This document shows positions 25,490 to 37,600 of a DNA stretch of 62,788 nt, in pieces. The notes below the pieces were generated by a model that was not told where the DNA came from, did not search any database, and saw only the letters and a program-made list of their open reading frames with translations. A program made the position numbers and the translations under genes. Position 1 is the stretch's first letter, and each line of letters begins with the position of its first letter. This DNA comes from a virus (lineage: Duplodnaviria; Caudoviricetes). The stretch covers positions 1-62,788 of the IMG/VR virus record IMGVR_UViG_3300044228_002718; one strand, given 5' to 3'.

Positions 25490-26338
25490 ATGGCACTAGA
25501 ATTTTCAGATGTGATAAAACCACAACCAAAAGAAAATATTCTTATTGTAGACGGCTTAAATATAGCATTTAGATGGAGACATCAAGGAATACTTGACTTT
25601 AAGTGGGATTATATAAGAACTGTTGAGTCGTTGGCAAAATCTTATGAAGCGGGAACTATAATAATTACGGCAGATGGTGGGAGTTATTATAGAAAAGACA
25701 TATACCCTGAGTATAAAGCAAACCGTAAAGAAAGATTTGCCGACCAGACTGAACAAGAGCAGAAAGAGTTTGAAATATTCATGGCAGAATTTTCAGACAC
25801 ACTTTCAGAACTAAGAAATAAACATTTAGTATTTCAGTTCAGAGGAGTGGAAGCAGACGATATCGCTGCTTACATTACTAAAAATTTAGATAAGTATAGT
25901 TTCCAAGACTGTTGGTTAATATCATCAGATAAAGATTGGGATTTACTTATAAACGATAGAGTTTCGAGATTTAGTACTGTTACTCGAAAAGAAACAACAG
26001 TATATAACTGGGACGACCACTATGATTTTGATATACCTGATTATATTACTTATAAGTGTCTAACAGGAGATAAAGGAGACAACATACCAGGTATTACTGG
26101 AGTTGGTCCGAAAAGAGCTGTGCAGTTGATGCAACAGTATGGAAACGTGTTTGATATTTACGATGCTTGCCCTATAAATGACAGGTATAAATACATTCAG
26201 AATCTTAACGAACAATCAGAACAACTTCTGATGAACGTAGAACTAATGGATTTACTTACTTATTCAGAGGAAGCTATCGGAATTGACAACAAAGAAATAA
26301 TTGATAAGGAAATTATGAGGTATGTTGATGAAAATTGA
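25490..26338 (+). CDS. flap endonuclease / 5'-3' exonuclease (T5 D15)
   Basis: VDGLN, YPEYKANR, GVEADD, SSDKD, GDKGDNIPGITGVGPKRA. Confidence 0.95.
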   Translation: MALEFSDVIKPQPKENILIVDGLNIAFRWRHQGILDFKWDYIRTVESLAKSYEAGTIIITADGGSYYRKDIYPEYKANRKERFADQTEQEQKEFEIFMAEFSDTLSELRNKHLVFQFRGVEADDIAAYITKNLDKYSFQDCWLISSDKDWDLLINDRVSRFSTVTRKETTVYNWDDHYDFDIPDYITYKCLTGDKGDNIPGITGVGPKRAVQLMQQYGNVFDIYDACPINDRYKYIQNLNEQSEQLLMNVELMDLLTYSEEAIGIDNKEIIDKEIMRYVDEN

Positions 26339-28088
26339 TTATAGTAGAGACAAGTTATTAGATGATATGTCTATTCGTACTTTGTCGGATAGATATATGG
26401 TGGGAGATGAAAATAGCCCACAAGAAGCATTTGCTAGAGCAGCAAAAGCTTTTGCTGATGATGATGACCATGCACAAAGATTGTATGATTATGCTAGTCA
26501 GCATTGGTTTATGTTTGCAACTCCTGTATTATCAAATGGAGGGACTGATCGGGGTCTCCCAATCTCATGCTTTCTTAACTATGTTGAAGATAGTAGAGAG
26601 GGTATTACAGGACATTATGTAGAAAATGCATTTCTTTCGTCTTTCGGTGGAGGAATCGGAGGCTCTTGGTCTGATGTTCGTGCATCTGGAACAAGGACTT
26701 CTAAAGGCTCAGAATCCACTGGTGTTATACCTTTTGTGAAAGTAGTAGACGCTGAAATGTTAGCTTTTTCACAAGGAGTGACAAGAAGAGGAAGTTATGC
26801 AGGTTATTTACATATTTCTCACCCCGAGATAGAAGAGTTTCTTGATATGAGAAAACCTACAGGTGGTGACACAAATCGTAAGTGTCTAAACTTACATCAT
26901 GGAGTTGTTATTAATGACAAGTTTATGGAAGTTATACACAGAGCGACAAAAGAAAAAGACTTTGATGATTCGTGGGAACTAATAGACCCACACTCAAAAG
27001 AAGTAAAGAAAGTAATAAGTGCTAGAACAATATGGGTAAAACTGCTTCAAAATCGCATGGAAACTGGAGAGCCTTATGTTATGTTTGAAGATGCGGTAAA
27101 TGCAGATTTACCTGAGTTCCAAAAGAAAAAAGGATTAAGAGTTCATCACAGCAATTTATGCTCTGAGATTACTCTTGCAACAGATGATGAAAGAACAGCA
27201 GTATGTTGTCTATCGTCTGTAAATTTAGAATATTATGACGAGTGGAAGAAGATACCCGCATTTATACCAGACTTGGTAAGAATGTTGGATAACGTACTTT
27301 CACACTTTATAGAAAATGCTCCTGAACAACTAGAAAGAGCAAAGTTTAGTGCTATGCGAGAAAGAAGTATAGGATTAGGAGCGATGGGCTTTCATGCCTA
27401 TTTACAAAGAAACGGTATTCCTTTTGAGGGAGCTATAGCTGCTGCTGTGAATGAAGAAATGTTCTCACAGATAAAAGCTAGTGCGCAAACGGAAACAGAG
27501 AGACTTGCAGTAGAAAGAGGTGCTTGTCCAGACGATGATAGCTGTTCAGTTAGAAATGCTCATCTATTGGCGATTGCCCCTAATGCAAGTAGTTCTATTA
27601 TATGTGGAAATACAAGTCCAAGTATAGAGCCTTATCGGGCTAATGCATTCACTCAGAAAACTAAAAGTGGTTCGTTCTTGCAAAAGAATAAATACTTAGA
27701 AATGCTTTTAGAAAAGTATGGAAAGAATGATGAAAATACTTGGAAGGATATAGTCACCAATAAAGGAAGTGTACAACATCTTGATTTCTTAACAGAAACA
27801 GAAAAAGAGGTGTTTAAAACTGCTGTTGAAATAAATCAGTCTTGGATAATTGAACACGCGTCAGAAAGACAGAAGTATATCTGTCAGGCACAAAGTGTAA
27901 ACTTATTCTTTGCCCCTGATGTTCAGAAAAAAGAACTACATAACATTCATATGTTAGCATGGGCGAAGAATATGAAAACATTGTATTATCTAAGAAGTGA
28001 GGCTATTTCGAGAGCAGACAACGTATCAAATAAGATAAAAAGAGAGATAATCTTTGAGCAATCAGATTGTCTAAGTTGTGAGGGATAA
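26322..28088 (+). CDS. nrdA: ribonucleotide reductase class I alpha subunit (short, no ATP cone)
   Basis: TPVLSN, ISCF, SNLCSEI, CCLSS, APNASS, TLYY, C-terminal CLSC. Confidence 0.96.
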   Translation: MLMKIDYSRDKLLDDMSIRTLSDRYMVGDENSPQEAFARAAKAFADDDDHAQRLYDYASQHWFMFATPVLSNGGTDRGLPISCFLNYVEDSREGITGHYVENAFLSSFGGGIGGSWSDVRASGTRTSKGSESTGVIPFVKVVDAEMLAFSQGVTRRGSYAGYLHISHPEIEEFLDMRKPTGGDTNRKCLNLHHGVVINDKFMEVIHRATKEKDFDDSWELIDPHSKEVKKVISARTIWVKLLQNRMETGEPYVMFEDAVNADLPEFQKKKGLRVHHSNLCSEITLATDDERTAVCCLSSVNLEYYDEWKKIPAFIPDLVRMLDNVLSHFIENAPEQLERAKFSAMRERSIGLGAMGFHAYLQRNGIPFEGAIAAAVNEEMFSQIKASAQTETERLAVERGACPDDDSCSVRNAHLLAIAPNASSSIICGNTSPSIEPYRANAFTQKTKSGSFLQKNKYLEMLLEKYGKNDENTWKDIVTNKGSVQHLDFLTETEKEVFKTAVEINQSWIIEHASERQKYICQAQSVNLFFAPDVQKKELHNIHMLAWAKNMKTLYYLRSEAISRADNVSNKIKREIIFEQSDCLSCEG

Positions 28089-29042
28089 ATGTTATTAGAG
28101 GAAAGAAATTATTATAAACCTTTTAGTTATCCATGGGCTTTTGAGGCATACAAGAAGCAACAGCAGATGCACTGGTTGCCTGATGAAGTTCCTTTACAAG
28201 ATGATATAAAGGATTACAATGAAAAATTAAGTCCTGATAATAGATTACTTTTAGATAATATCTTTAAGTTTTTTACTCAGGCAGACGTTGATGTATGTTG
28301 TGGATATGCAAAGCACTATCTACCAACATTCAAACAACCAGAAGTAAGAATGATGTTAGTAAGTTTTGCTGCTATGGAAGCAGTACATCAGGAAGCATAT
28401 TCTTTGCTACTGGAAACTTTAGGTAAGTCTGACGATATGTACCAAGACTTTATGGATATTCAAGAAATGGTAGAAAAGCATGAATACTTAAGTGATTTCA
28501 ATATGCAAGATAAATTCAATATTGCTAAAACTATGGCAGTATATAGTGGATTCACAGAGGGTGTTCAACTTTTCAGTAGTTTTGCTATACTATTGAACTA
28601 TCCAAGACATAATTTAATGAAAGGTATGGGTCAGATTGTGACATGGAGTATTCGAGATGAATCTCTCCATGTAGAGAATGTATCGAAACTATTTCGAACA
28701 TTTATAGCAGAGAATCCAGAGTTATGGACAGATAAGTTAAAGTATGAAATATACTGTGCTGCAGAAAGAGTTGTAGAACTAGAGGACAAATTTATTGATG
28801 TTTGTTTTGCAAATGCAGACATTCCTGATTTAACAGCAAAAGAAGTAAAAGAGTATATTCGTTATATTGCGGATAGAAGATTACTTGGACTAGGAATGAA
28901 GAATATATTTCATAGTACTGAAAATCCATTGCCTTGGATTGATATGCAAGTTAATGCGGTTGAGCATACCAACTTTTTTGAAAACAGAGCTACCGAGTAT
29001 GCTAAGAGTAGCACCCAAGGAAATTGGGAAGATGTATTCTAA
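28089..29042 (+). CDS. nrdB: ribonucleotide reductase class Ia beta subunit
   Basis: FFTQAD, EAVHQEAY (radical Tyr), EGVQLFSSF, RDESLH, NFFE..ATEY. Confidence 0.96.
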   Translation: MLLEERNYYKPFSYPWAFEAYKKQQQMHWLPDEVPLQDDIKDYNEKLSPDNRLLLDNIFKFFTQADVDVCCGYAKHYLPTFKQPEVRMMLVSFAAMEAVHQEAYSLLLETLGKSDDMYQDFMDIQEMVEKHEYLSDFNMQDKFNIAKTMAVYSGFTEGVQLFSSFAILLNYPRHNLMKGMGQIVTWSIRDESLHVENVSKLFRTFIAENPELWTDKLKYEIYCAAERVVELEDKFIDVCFANADIPDLTAKEVKEYIRYIADRRLLGLGMKNIFHSTENPLPWIDMQVNAVEHTNFFENRATEYAKSSTQGNWEDVF

Positions 29043-29051
29043 GGAGAAATA

Positions 29052-29303
29052 ATGAGTACTCAAGAAACTAAAAACGAACCAGTATTAATGCTGGACGATA
29101 AGAAATACCTTATAGAAAATCTTTCCGATGATGCAAAACTGGTTATAGCTGCTTTGCAAAATCTTGGTGTTCAACAACAAGAACATCAAATGCAAGGACT
29201 ACAGTTACAAGCTGCATCAGAATCATTATCTAATAAATTAAAAGAATTAGTTGAGGATTCCCCATCGGAAGATGAGATTGGAGAAGATACTCCAGTAATG
29301 TAA
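29052..29303 (+). CDS. hypothetical protein
   Basis: AAGGAG SD; coiled-coil-like. Confidence 0.75.
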   Translation: MSTQETKNEPVLMLDDKKYLIENLSDDAKLVIAALQNLGVQQQEHQMQGLQLQAASESLSNKLKELVEDSPSEDEIGEDTPVM

Positions 29304-29304
29304 C

Positions 29305-29328
29305 AAAGGGGCGAAAGCCCCTTTTTTT
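29305..29328 (+). terminator. terminator between convergent transcription units (possibly bidirectional)
   Basis: AAAGGGGC-GAAA-GCCCCTTTTTTT. Confidence 0.9.
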
Positions 29329-29333
29329 CTCCA

Positions 29334-31673
29334 TCAACCACAATATAATACGCAAGATACCAATTTAACTCCAGTATCTGAATTACCTATTGTAACTTTT
29401 CCTATTGTTTTACTTCTAATAATATCATCTGATTGTACTTTAGCAGTACCATCACCATTTGATTCTAATAAGTCGCCACCATTACAAGCACCAGTCACAA
29501 GAATAGTACCTAAACCTACAGAAGCTATTAAAGGTTTATTGTCTGCTTCTGTTCTACTTTGTAAAACACCATATACTCTTGAATCACCAACTGAATCACT
29601 TACTTTTACTTTAGGGTGTTCTGCTCTTGTCTGACCACTTTTTGAACCAGAAACATAAGTATCTAATTCGTCTATTGTAGATACAACTGTGCCAATTGCA
29701 GTGTCGTCAGCTATACCAGATGTTTCATGTGTACCTGTAAAACCTTGTAAAGATACAGTTGCACCACTTACATTGATACTGCCTTCTTGTGACCCTGCTT
29801 GTTTAAATCTTATCATTTCTCCATCACTTCCTTGTCGCAATACAGAAAGTGCTGCTCCACCATTTCTTCCACAAACTGTATCAGCCCCTCTTTCGTGATA
29901 GAAACCAACTCCTGATGAAGAGTTAATTATGTTACCTGTCTCGGCTCCACCTAAACCTACATCACCATCAGAAAATATTCTGACTCGCTCTGAGCCACCA
30001 ACAGTAAACCCTAAATCATTTGCATTTTGTCTAAAAATACCAGTAGTAGATGATGAGTTAAGTAAAAAACCCTCTCCATTACTTGCATTTACTTTGATAT
30101 TTCCTGCGACCTCTAATTTTTGTGCAGGTGTGTCAGTTCCAATTCCAACATTGCCATTTGTATCTAAATATAATTGGGCACCAACACCAGCTCGAATGTT
30201 TATGTCGTGATAACCTCCACCAGTCTGCTTATATCCAACAATTTCAGCTAAAGATGTAGTGCTACTACTACCTTGTATGACTAATCCCGCAGCGGTACTT
30301 TCAAAAGCTGCTACTCCTTGACCAGAAGATTTTACATGCAATTCTCTAGCTGGACTTGTTGTTCCTATTCCTAAACCTGTAGAGGTTAATCTCATTCTTT
30401 CATTTTCATATGTAGCCACAAAAAATCCTAAGTCACTACCTAATTGAGCAAGTCTTGATGAAGATGTGTCGTTTTTTAAAACTAAGGCTGTAGCATTAGA
30501 ACCAAATAAAGTTAGAACTCCATCGTGACCACCAAGATCAACTGGACTTGTTGTCCCAATCCCAACATTTTTTGCTGAATTTATAGTAAGGGCAACACCA
30601 CTTGATAAATCAGAATTATTGGCAATCATAAATTTATCCGAGTCAGAATCTCTAGCACCAACTGCCCAATGGGTTGTGTTATTTACTAAGAAGTTTATAA
30701 ATGGGTCTGCACCACCTTCACCTTCTATCTGTACTTTTGCTTCTGCTCCTGTACCAGTACCAAAGAAGGTAGCAACACCACCTGCTGAACTTGATATACC
30801 TACAGATAGCCTTCCTGACGAGTCAATCCTCATGCGTTCTGTTGGATTATCAGTAGTTGCTGAACCAGAAGCTAGAGTTCTAAATATTAACCGACCACCA
30901 TTAGCCATTCCTGAATCTGCTTGAAAATCTATAGAGCTATGAACATAACTTCTAGCACGACCTATAATTCTGCCACCATGTCTACCATTAGCAGTATTGT
31001 CTGAACTTAAAACAAGTGTTCCACCTACACCAGAACCAAAACCAGGTTCATGTATTTCAAGTAAATTTCCTGTTAAAGCACCTTGAGTTTGAACAGAGCT
31101 TATACCAATACTTACATTGCCTGAACTGTCTATTCTTAGTCTTTCAGAAGCATTAACACGAAACTGCAATGCATCTGAAGCATGAAGATAGGATATCCAA
31201 CCCCTATCATCATCTCCTGAATCACCAAAGACTAAATAACCTGCACCTGTACCTGAAGAGGTGTTTATTCTTACTTGTGGATTTGTAGAGGTTGATTGTA
31301 TTATTCCTGCTACGTCTAGCTTTTGCGAAGGTGATGTAGTTCCTATACCTAAACGACCATTTACATCAAATCTAGCCCTCTCTGTTGATGCTGTAAAAAA
31401 TCCTACAGAACCTGCTGAACTATCATTAGACTTAAGAGCCAACATATTTGGTGTTGAACCATGAGTAGACCCATAAGCAATCATAAATTTTTCAGAGCCA
31501 CCATCTTTGCCGTCCATAATAAGTTGTGCAAAGTCTGAAGCATTGTTTGTAACAAAAGTAAATTTAAGGTCATTATCAGTAGAGTTTCTAATAAAACTTG
31601 AACTGTCAGATGTAACCTCTATGTTAGATGAACTAAAATCTAAAAATGTTCCTAATATCTTTGTTCTTGCCAT
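29334..31673 (-). CDS. tail fibre-like protein
   Basis: Repeated ERxRIDSSGNVGIGTTSP modules; C-terminal domain resembling an intramolecular chaperone after GFTGTH. Confidence 0.8.
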   Translation of the reverse strand: MARTKILGTFLDFSSSNIEVTSDSSSFIRNSTDNDLKFTFVTNNASDFAQLIMDGKDGGSEKFMIAYGSTHGSTPNMLALKSNDSSAGSVGFFTASTERARFDVNGRLGIGTTSPSQKLDVAGIIQSTSTNPQVRINTSSGTGAGYLVFGDSGDDDRGWISYLHASDALQFRVNASERLRIDSSGNVSIGISSVQTQGALTGNLLEIHEPGFGSGVGGTLVLSSDNTANGRHGGRIIGRARSYVHSSIDFQADSGMANGGRLIFRTLASGSATTDNPTERMRIDSSGRLSVGISSSAGGVATFFGTGTGAEAKVQIEGEGGADPFINFLVNNTTHWAVGARDSDSDKFMIANNSDLSSGVALTINSAKNVGIGTTSPVDLGGHDGVLTLFGSNATALVLKNDTSSSRLAQLGSDLGFFVATYENERMRLTSTGLGIGTTSPARELHVKSSGQGVAAFESTAAGLVIQGSSSTTSLAEIVGYKQTGGGYHDINIRAGVGAQLYLDTNGNVGIGTDTPAQKLEVAGNIKVNASNGEGFLLNSSSTTGIFRQNANDLGFTVGGSERVRIFSDGDVGLGGAETGNIINSSSGVGFYHERGADTVCGRNGGAALSVLRQGSDGEMIRFKQAGSQEGSINVSGATVSLQGFTGTHETSGIADDTAIGTVVSTIDELDTYVSGSKSGQTRAEHPKVKVSDSVGDSRVYGVLQSRTEADNKPLIASVGLGTILVTGACNGGDLLESNGDGTAKVQSDDIIRSKTIGKVTIGNSDTGVKLVSCVLYCG

Positions 31674-34600
31674 TATTTAATTAACCACTCCTCTACGGTA
31701 TCACTCATATCTCTTAACTTTATCCAAGATGTTGATTTTTGTTGTTCTTTTCTTAATCTTACTTTACCCATAATTCCTACACATTCCCATTCTTTTCTTT
31801 CACTTCTTGGTACATAAGTAAGTGATTCATCATAGTTAGGATTTAATTTTCTTCTTCTAAGATTGTTTCCGTTTTCATCTACTGTAATTACAACTGCATT
31901 TTCTGGCACAGTTACGTCACTTGGTATTTTATCTGTATGATACATTATTTTTTCTCTTTTTGGAGTATCACTCTCATCACTTGTCTCTTTTATCCACTCA
32001 GTTGCTGTATAATCTTCTTCGATATATCTTCCAAACTCGTCTTTTAAGAATTTACCTTGCCACTCTAGTTCTTGACTGTCACCAGTTACAGATGGATTTG
32101 CAGAAGTTACACCTATGATTGTCTCTCCTGACTCTGCTATTTTTATTTTTCCGTTTACAAGACTAACTGAGTATCCTATTCTATCTTCATTATTTGGATT
32201 GCCATCTTGCCACTCAAAGTATTCTGCATAGTCAGCACCCCCTCCACTAAAGCTACCATCAGCAGAGACTTCTCCATCTCCACGAACTTTAAATTTAGGG
32301 TCTGAAGCAAAGTTTGCATAGGCTTGAATTAAACTATATGCACTACTTGATGGTCTTTTTGCTTGAAGCTGTAGTAAGTTTCCATTAAATGATGTACTTG
32401 CTTGTGTAGCTCTAAGTGCTGGGTTTCCATCTCCTGTACCGACACCACTTGAAAAACCTATATCAACATTACCGTGTCTTGTGATTTGTAAAAGGTCAGT
32501 TCCGTATCGTGAAAATAAGAAACCTGCTCCACCTGTAGAAGCATAGTCTGAACCATCATTCTCTCGAATATTGAACTCGATATCAAAGTTAGCACCATTT
32601 GCTGTAGCTGCTCTAAACTGTGTTCGACCACCATCTCCTTTCATCATAATTGCAGGAACTACACTTGAGCCATCTGTGTTACCAAATATAACACTTCCAT
32701 TTGCTTGTGTAGAAGCAGAAGCATTTACTCCTCCACTTGTTCCTGTATTTATACCAAATTTTCCTGTAGCTGTTGTAGTACCAAATAGAGACCTTGTAGA
32801 ACTAAATCTAGCACACTCTGTGCTACCCTCTAGTATTCTAACATTTACACCATCATCTAGTTCAATTTTTGGTGAGCCTCCAAATCCGACAAGTGTTAAA
32901 CTTTCATCATCATCTGCAACTGAGCCTATTCTGAAACCTCCACTATACTCTATAAAATCTATAGAATTTACAACCATAGCAATATTTGTAGGCGCTCTAA
33001 AAGGCCCAGTAGAAGTAACACCTGTAGCGTCTATTCTGGCTCTTTCTGTACCCGCAGTATCAAATCTGATTTTATCTTCGTCTGAGCTTTCCTCGACTTG
33101 TATCTTGGTATCGCCATCAGCGTCAGTTATAGAATCAGATGAGCCTCCACTACCACCGAGTGCTGAAGGTGTAACTGTAATAGTTGTTCCTGAAGGTGCT
33201 GTTCCACCAGTATTTGTTCCATCATGTGTCCATGTTCCATTAGCATGTTCTACTGTATAGAATGAAGCATTTCCTGTATAATTACCAAATTTGCCATAAA
33301 ATTCATATTCAGTTGTTGAGTTTTGTTTTACAATGACTATTGCTGGCGCTCCCGTACTTACTCCAAATCTAAATGCTTGAGCGTCTCCATAGAAACCACT
33401 TTGATTAGAACTGTTGTTAGATGTTTTAAATCTAATAATTGTATTTTGATTCTGTGCATCGCTTGCATTAAATCCAACATTACTGTATACATTTATAGCA
33501 AGAGAGTGTCCTGCTTGAGAAGTTGTAAAAGTACCAAATTTAATATATTGGTCACTATTACCAGCTGTGTCTGCAATCGTATACCCAAGACCGCTAGTGG
33601 CTCGTAAGTTTCCTGTAACAGTTGCTCCAGTACTTGTAGTTTCGATTTTTTTACTATTACCATGATAAAGTTCAACTGCTTGAGAATTATTAATATTTAT
33701 TGCAGTCGTATTATTTGTACCAATATTTAAGTTGTGACTTGATGTTGTACCTACAAAAGCATTACTGTCTTGTGCATATGCTTTAAATGTTACATTGTTT
33801 GTTGTATCTTTTAATTCAAATGTAGGTGAACTTGCATGTTCTATTGACGCATTTCCTGATGTTTGTGTATATCCTGCAATATTTACTAACTCTCTTGATG
33901 AATTTAGAAAAGTTGTTCCATTGAGAGCTAAATCGGGTGTACCACTAACCTTTTTAAAGTTGATGGTATTACCAGTTAAAACTAAAGTGCCACTAGCAGT
34001 ACCAATTTTTTCAGTACCCCCATCATATAATCTGATTTTACTTTCACTATGTGACGCTTGAAAAACAAGACCATCGGCTGCTTGTCCAATTTCTACTGAC
34101 CCACCGCTAGGTTGTAATTTTAATCGTCTATAAGCAACACCCTGCTCAACTGCTTGTATTGTTCCATAATCTGATGAATGAAAACCAAGTATTAGTTGTT
34201 CATTAGTATTTGATTCTCTTTTGATAACAAGTTGCTCATTACCGCCATCTGTTTGTATAGTATGTATACCACGAACATCAAAGCCTCCTGCTATTTTTGC
34301 AGAACCATAAACTTCAAATTCTTCAGGATTATTTGTGTATCTACCAAATCTAGCTATTGCAGAGTGTGAGTTTGCAGTACCTTCTGTTCTATCAACAAAT
34401 AAAGGTATTCCACCACCTAAATCATTTTTTCTAAATCTGTGTTCATATCTACCATCTGAGTAAGTACCTGCTGCTGTAAAAGTTAGCCCTGTATCATCAG
34501 TAGTTACTGCATCTAATCCTACAAAAAGTTGCACATTTTTACCAGCACTTGTTTGACCTACTGTAAATGTTCCATTCGGTACAGTTACATTTGAATATCT

Positions 34601-37600
34601 ATCAACAATAAGACCAGTTGTAGATGTACCACCGTCTAAAGTATTTATATGAAAGAACTCATCATTGTTACTGTTATATTGAAGTTGAGCACCAAAGTTT
34701 GCACTTTCTCTAAGCCATAATCTTGCTTGATTATCAGAACCACTTGTGTCATTTAAAATTAATGTTGGGTCAGACTTACTAACTGTTATATCACCAGCAC
34801 CACTATAAGTGCCTATATTGGTTAAGTTTCTTGAACTGTCTATAACAGTAGTGCCACCCATCTGAATGTTGCCTGACCCAGTAATCCTAACTTTTTCTGT
34901 AGTTGAATCAGAAGCTCTTGTGTAGAACGATAAAGCAGAATCTACATTGTCGCTATTTTCTGGTGTCATTTCTATAATAGCTGCTTCTTTAGAAGTGCCG
35001 ACAGTATCAGTTCCTTTGAAGAATAGTCTTGGTCGTTTTGAAGTGCTATTTGCTGTGCTAGTGTTTTCTATGGTTATACCATCTACATCGCTTGAAGTGC
35101 TTACTTGAAGTTTCTTAGCAGGACTGGTTGTGCCAATACCTACGTTTCCAGCATTATCAAGTCGCATTTTTTCACTACCATCAATAGAAAAATTAATTAT
35201 TGAATTACTTACTTCATTATTATCATCAGCAAAGAAAGATAGCGTTCCTCCATTAGCTTGAATGTAACCATCAGAGTTATCATCAGAATCAAAAAAATGT
35301 ATTGATGGAGTAGAACGTGCTAGTAATAATTCACCTGTCGCTTCTAATGTACCTGTAACTTTTACACCACTTGATTGTGTTTCTAGTTTAGTTGTTCCAC
35401 CTGTTTGTATTAAAACATGATTTGCTGAATTAACTAATATATTTTCACCACTAGATGAAGCTATTGCTAAGTTATCGTTGCCATCGTCACCAATAGTGTG
35501 ACTATCACCAACAGTTATAGAGCCACCTATTGTTGCATTATTAATATTTGTTAAGTTTCTTGAAGTGTCTATGACGGTTGTGCCGCCTTGTTGAAAGTTT
35601 CCGTTTGCCAGTACAGCACCAAGATTTAAGTTTGCTGTGCTATATGTTATATTGCCTGTTGCGTCTGCTGTTGCAGTTGTAGTTCCTAATGCAAAATGGT
35701 CTCCACTTTCGTCCCATATAAATAGTGCATTATCTCCTGTTGAGCCTCTTTCTATAATTATACCTGAATCGTTTGCATTTGAAGAAGCTCCACTATTTAA
35801 TTCAAGTAATGTGTCTGTGAGTGTTGTGTTTGTAGAACTTACTGTAGTTGTGCTACCTTGTACGGTTAAACTTCCACCTACAGTTAAGTTATGACTAGTT
35901 GTAATATTACCGTCTGATTGAACGGTTAGTCTATTTGAACCTGCTGTTCCTAGTGTGATGCTTCCGCCAGATTCTTCATTCATTATATTGAAGACGTCAT
36001 TACTTCCACCAAATCCTACGTAAGCATGACGGTCACCACTTCTATTATATGATACATAAATTGGACCATCATCTGTTACATTTAGATAAGCGATTGTATC
36101 TGTTGTACCATTAATACTTAGTTGATTTGTAACTGAAACTGTTCCTCCAAAACTAGCATTTTGTGAGCTATTTATAGTTAAAGCAATTTGGTCGTTTGTT
36201 CTGAAGGACATTTCATTATTGGTATGGTCATAAAAAACTTCACCACTATTTGGGTCAGCATTATCACCAAAAGCCAGTACTCCATATCGCTTACCATTAC
36301 CTCTAAGAGTAATACCCACACCATCATCTGCTGAGTTACCACCTAAAATAACCAAATCTTCCGCAAAACTATAACCCTGTGCATCAGGGTCAGTAGTATT
36401 AATACCTACTTTGCCTGTGCCTGTTATACTACCTGTTACTGCTACACCCCCACTTGCAGTTGCTAATTTAGTGCTTCCACTATGATTAAGAGAAACTACT
36501 CCATCATCAATAACTATTGCATCTGCGGAGCCTTCTTTTAGTTTAAGCGCTCCTGTTCCATTATGATGAATAAATGAATGTGAGCCATCATGAAATAATA
36601 ACATATCTCCAGAAGTTGCACCAAATTTTAAATTTATATTATCTGCTAATGAAATGTCTTTTTGAAATGTAGTGTGTGCCGCACTACCATCTAATGTTAG
36701 ATATGCAGTAACTCCACCACTTCCATCGTCACATCTAAGAACTATATCTTTATCGTCAGCGGTATTTGTTATATAAAAATGACCTGTATTATTTGCTTGA
36801 AAAGTATCTGTGCCATTATGTGAAACATTCCAATCGTTACTTGCACCAACAGCCAGTACAGTATTATCTACTCTAACTCGTAAAGGTTTCACAGCATCTA
36901 TTACGTTAGCACCACCATCAAACTTCATATAATTAGTTACACTACCAGAGCCATCATCTGTTTGTATTAGAATATCTTTATCATCTGCATTATTTATCAA
37001 TATTAAATCGCCTGTTGAATTTTCTAATATTGAATGTGTGCCATTATGATAAATTTTTAAATCACCAGCACCTGAATTATCTCCTATTCTTAGCTCTACA
37101 TTATCAAACAACAAAGTATTTTTAGCGATTGTCATTCTGGAATGACTACCATCAATAGTTAGATATGGAGTTACTCCACCACTTCCGTCATCTGATTTAA
37201 AAATAACATCTTTATCATCTAAACTATTTTGTATAATTAAATCACCTGTTGCATTTTCAATAAGAGTATTAGTACCATTGTGATAAATAGACATATCGCC
37301 ATCACCACCAACTTGTAGTCTTACATTATCATCTGCTCTTAAATTTTTATGTAAATTTATTCTCTCATTAGTACCATCTACTCTAAGATATGTTGAGACT
37401 CCGCCAGAGCCATCATCTGTTTGTAGTGTTATATCTCCATCATTTGCATCATTTCTAATATTTAAATCACCTGTTGCATTTTCAATAAGAGTATTAGTAC
37501 CATTATGATAGATTTGTAAATCTTGACTAGCACCTGCCATAAATTTAGCGTTATCAGGAATACGAACATCAGTATTAAATATTGCCGCACCCCCTGCTGA

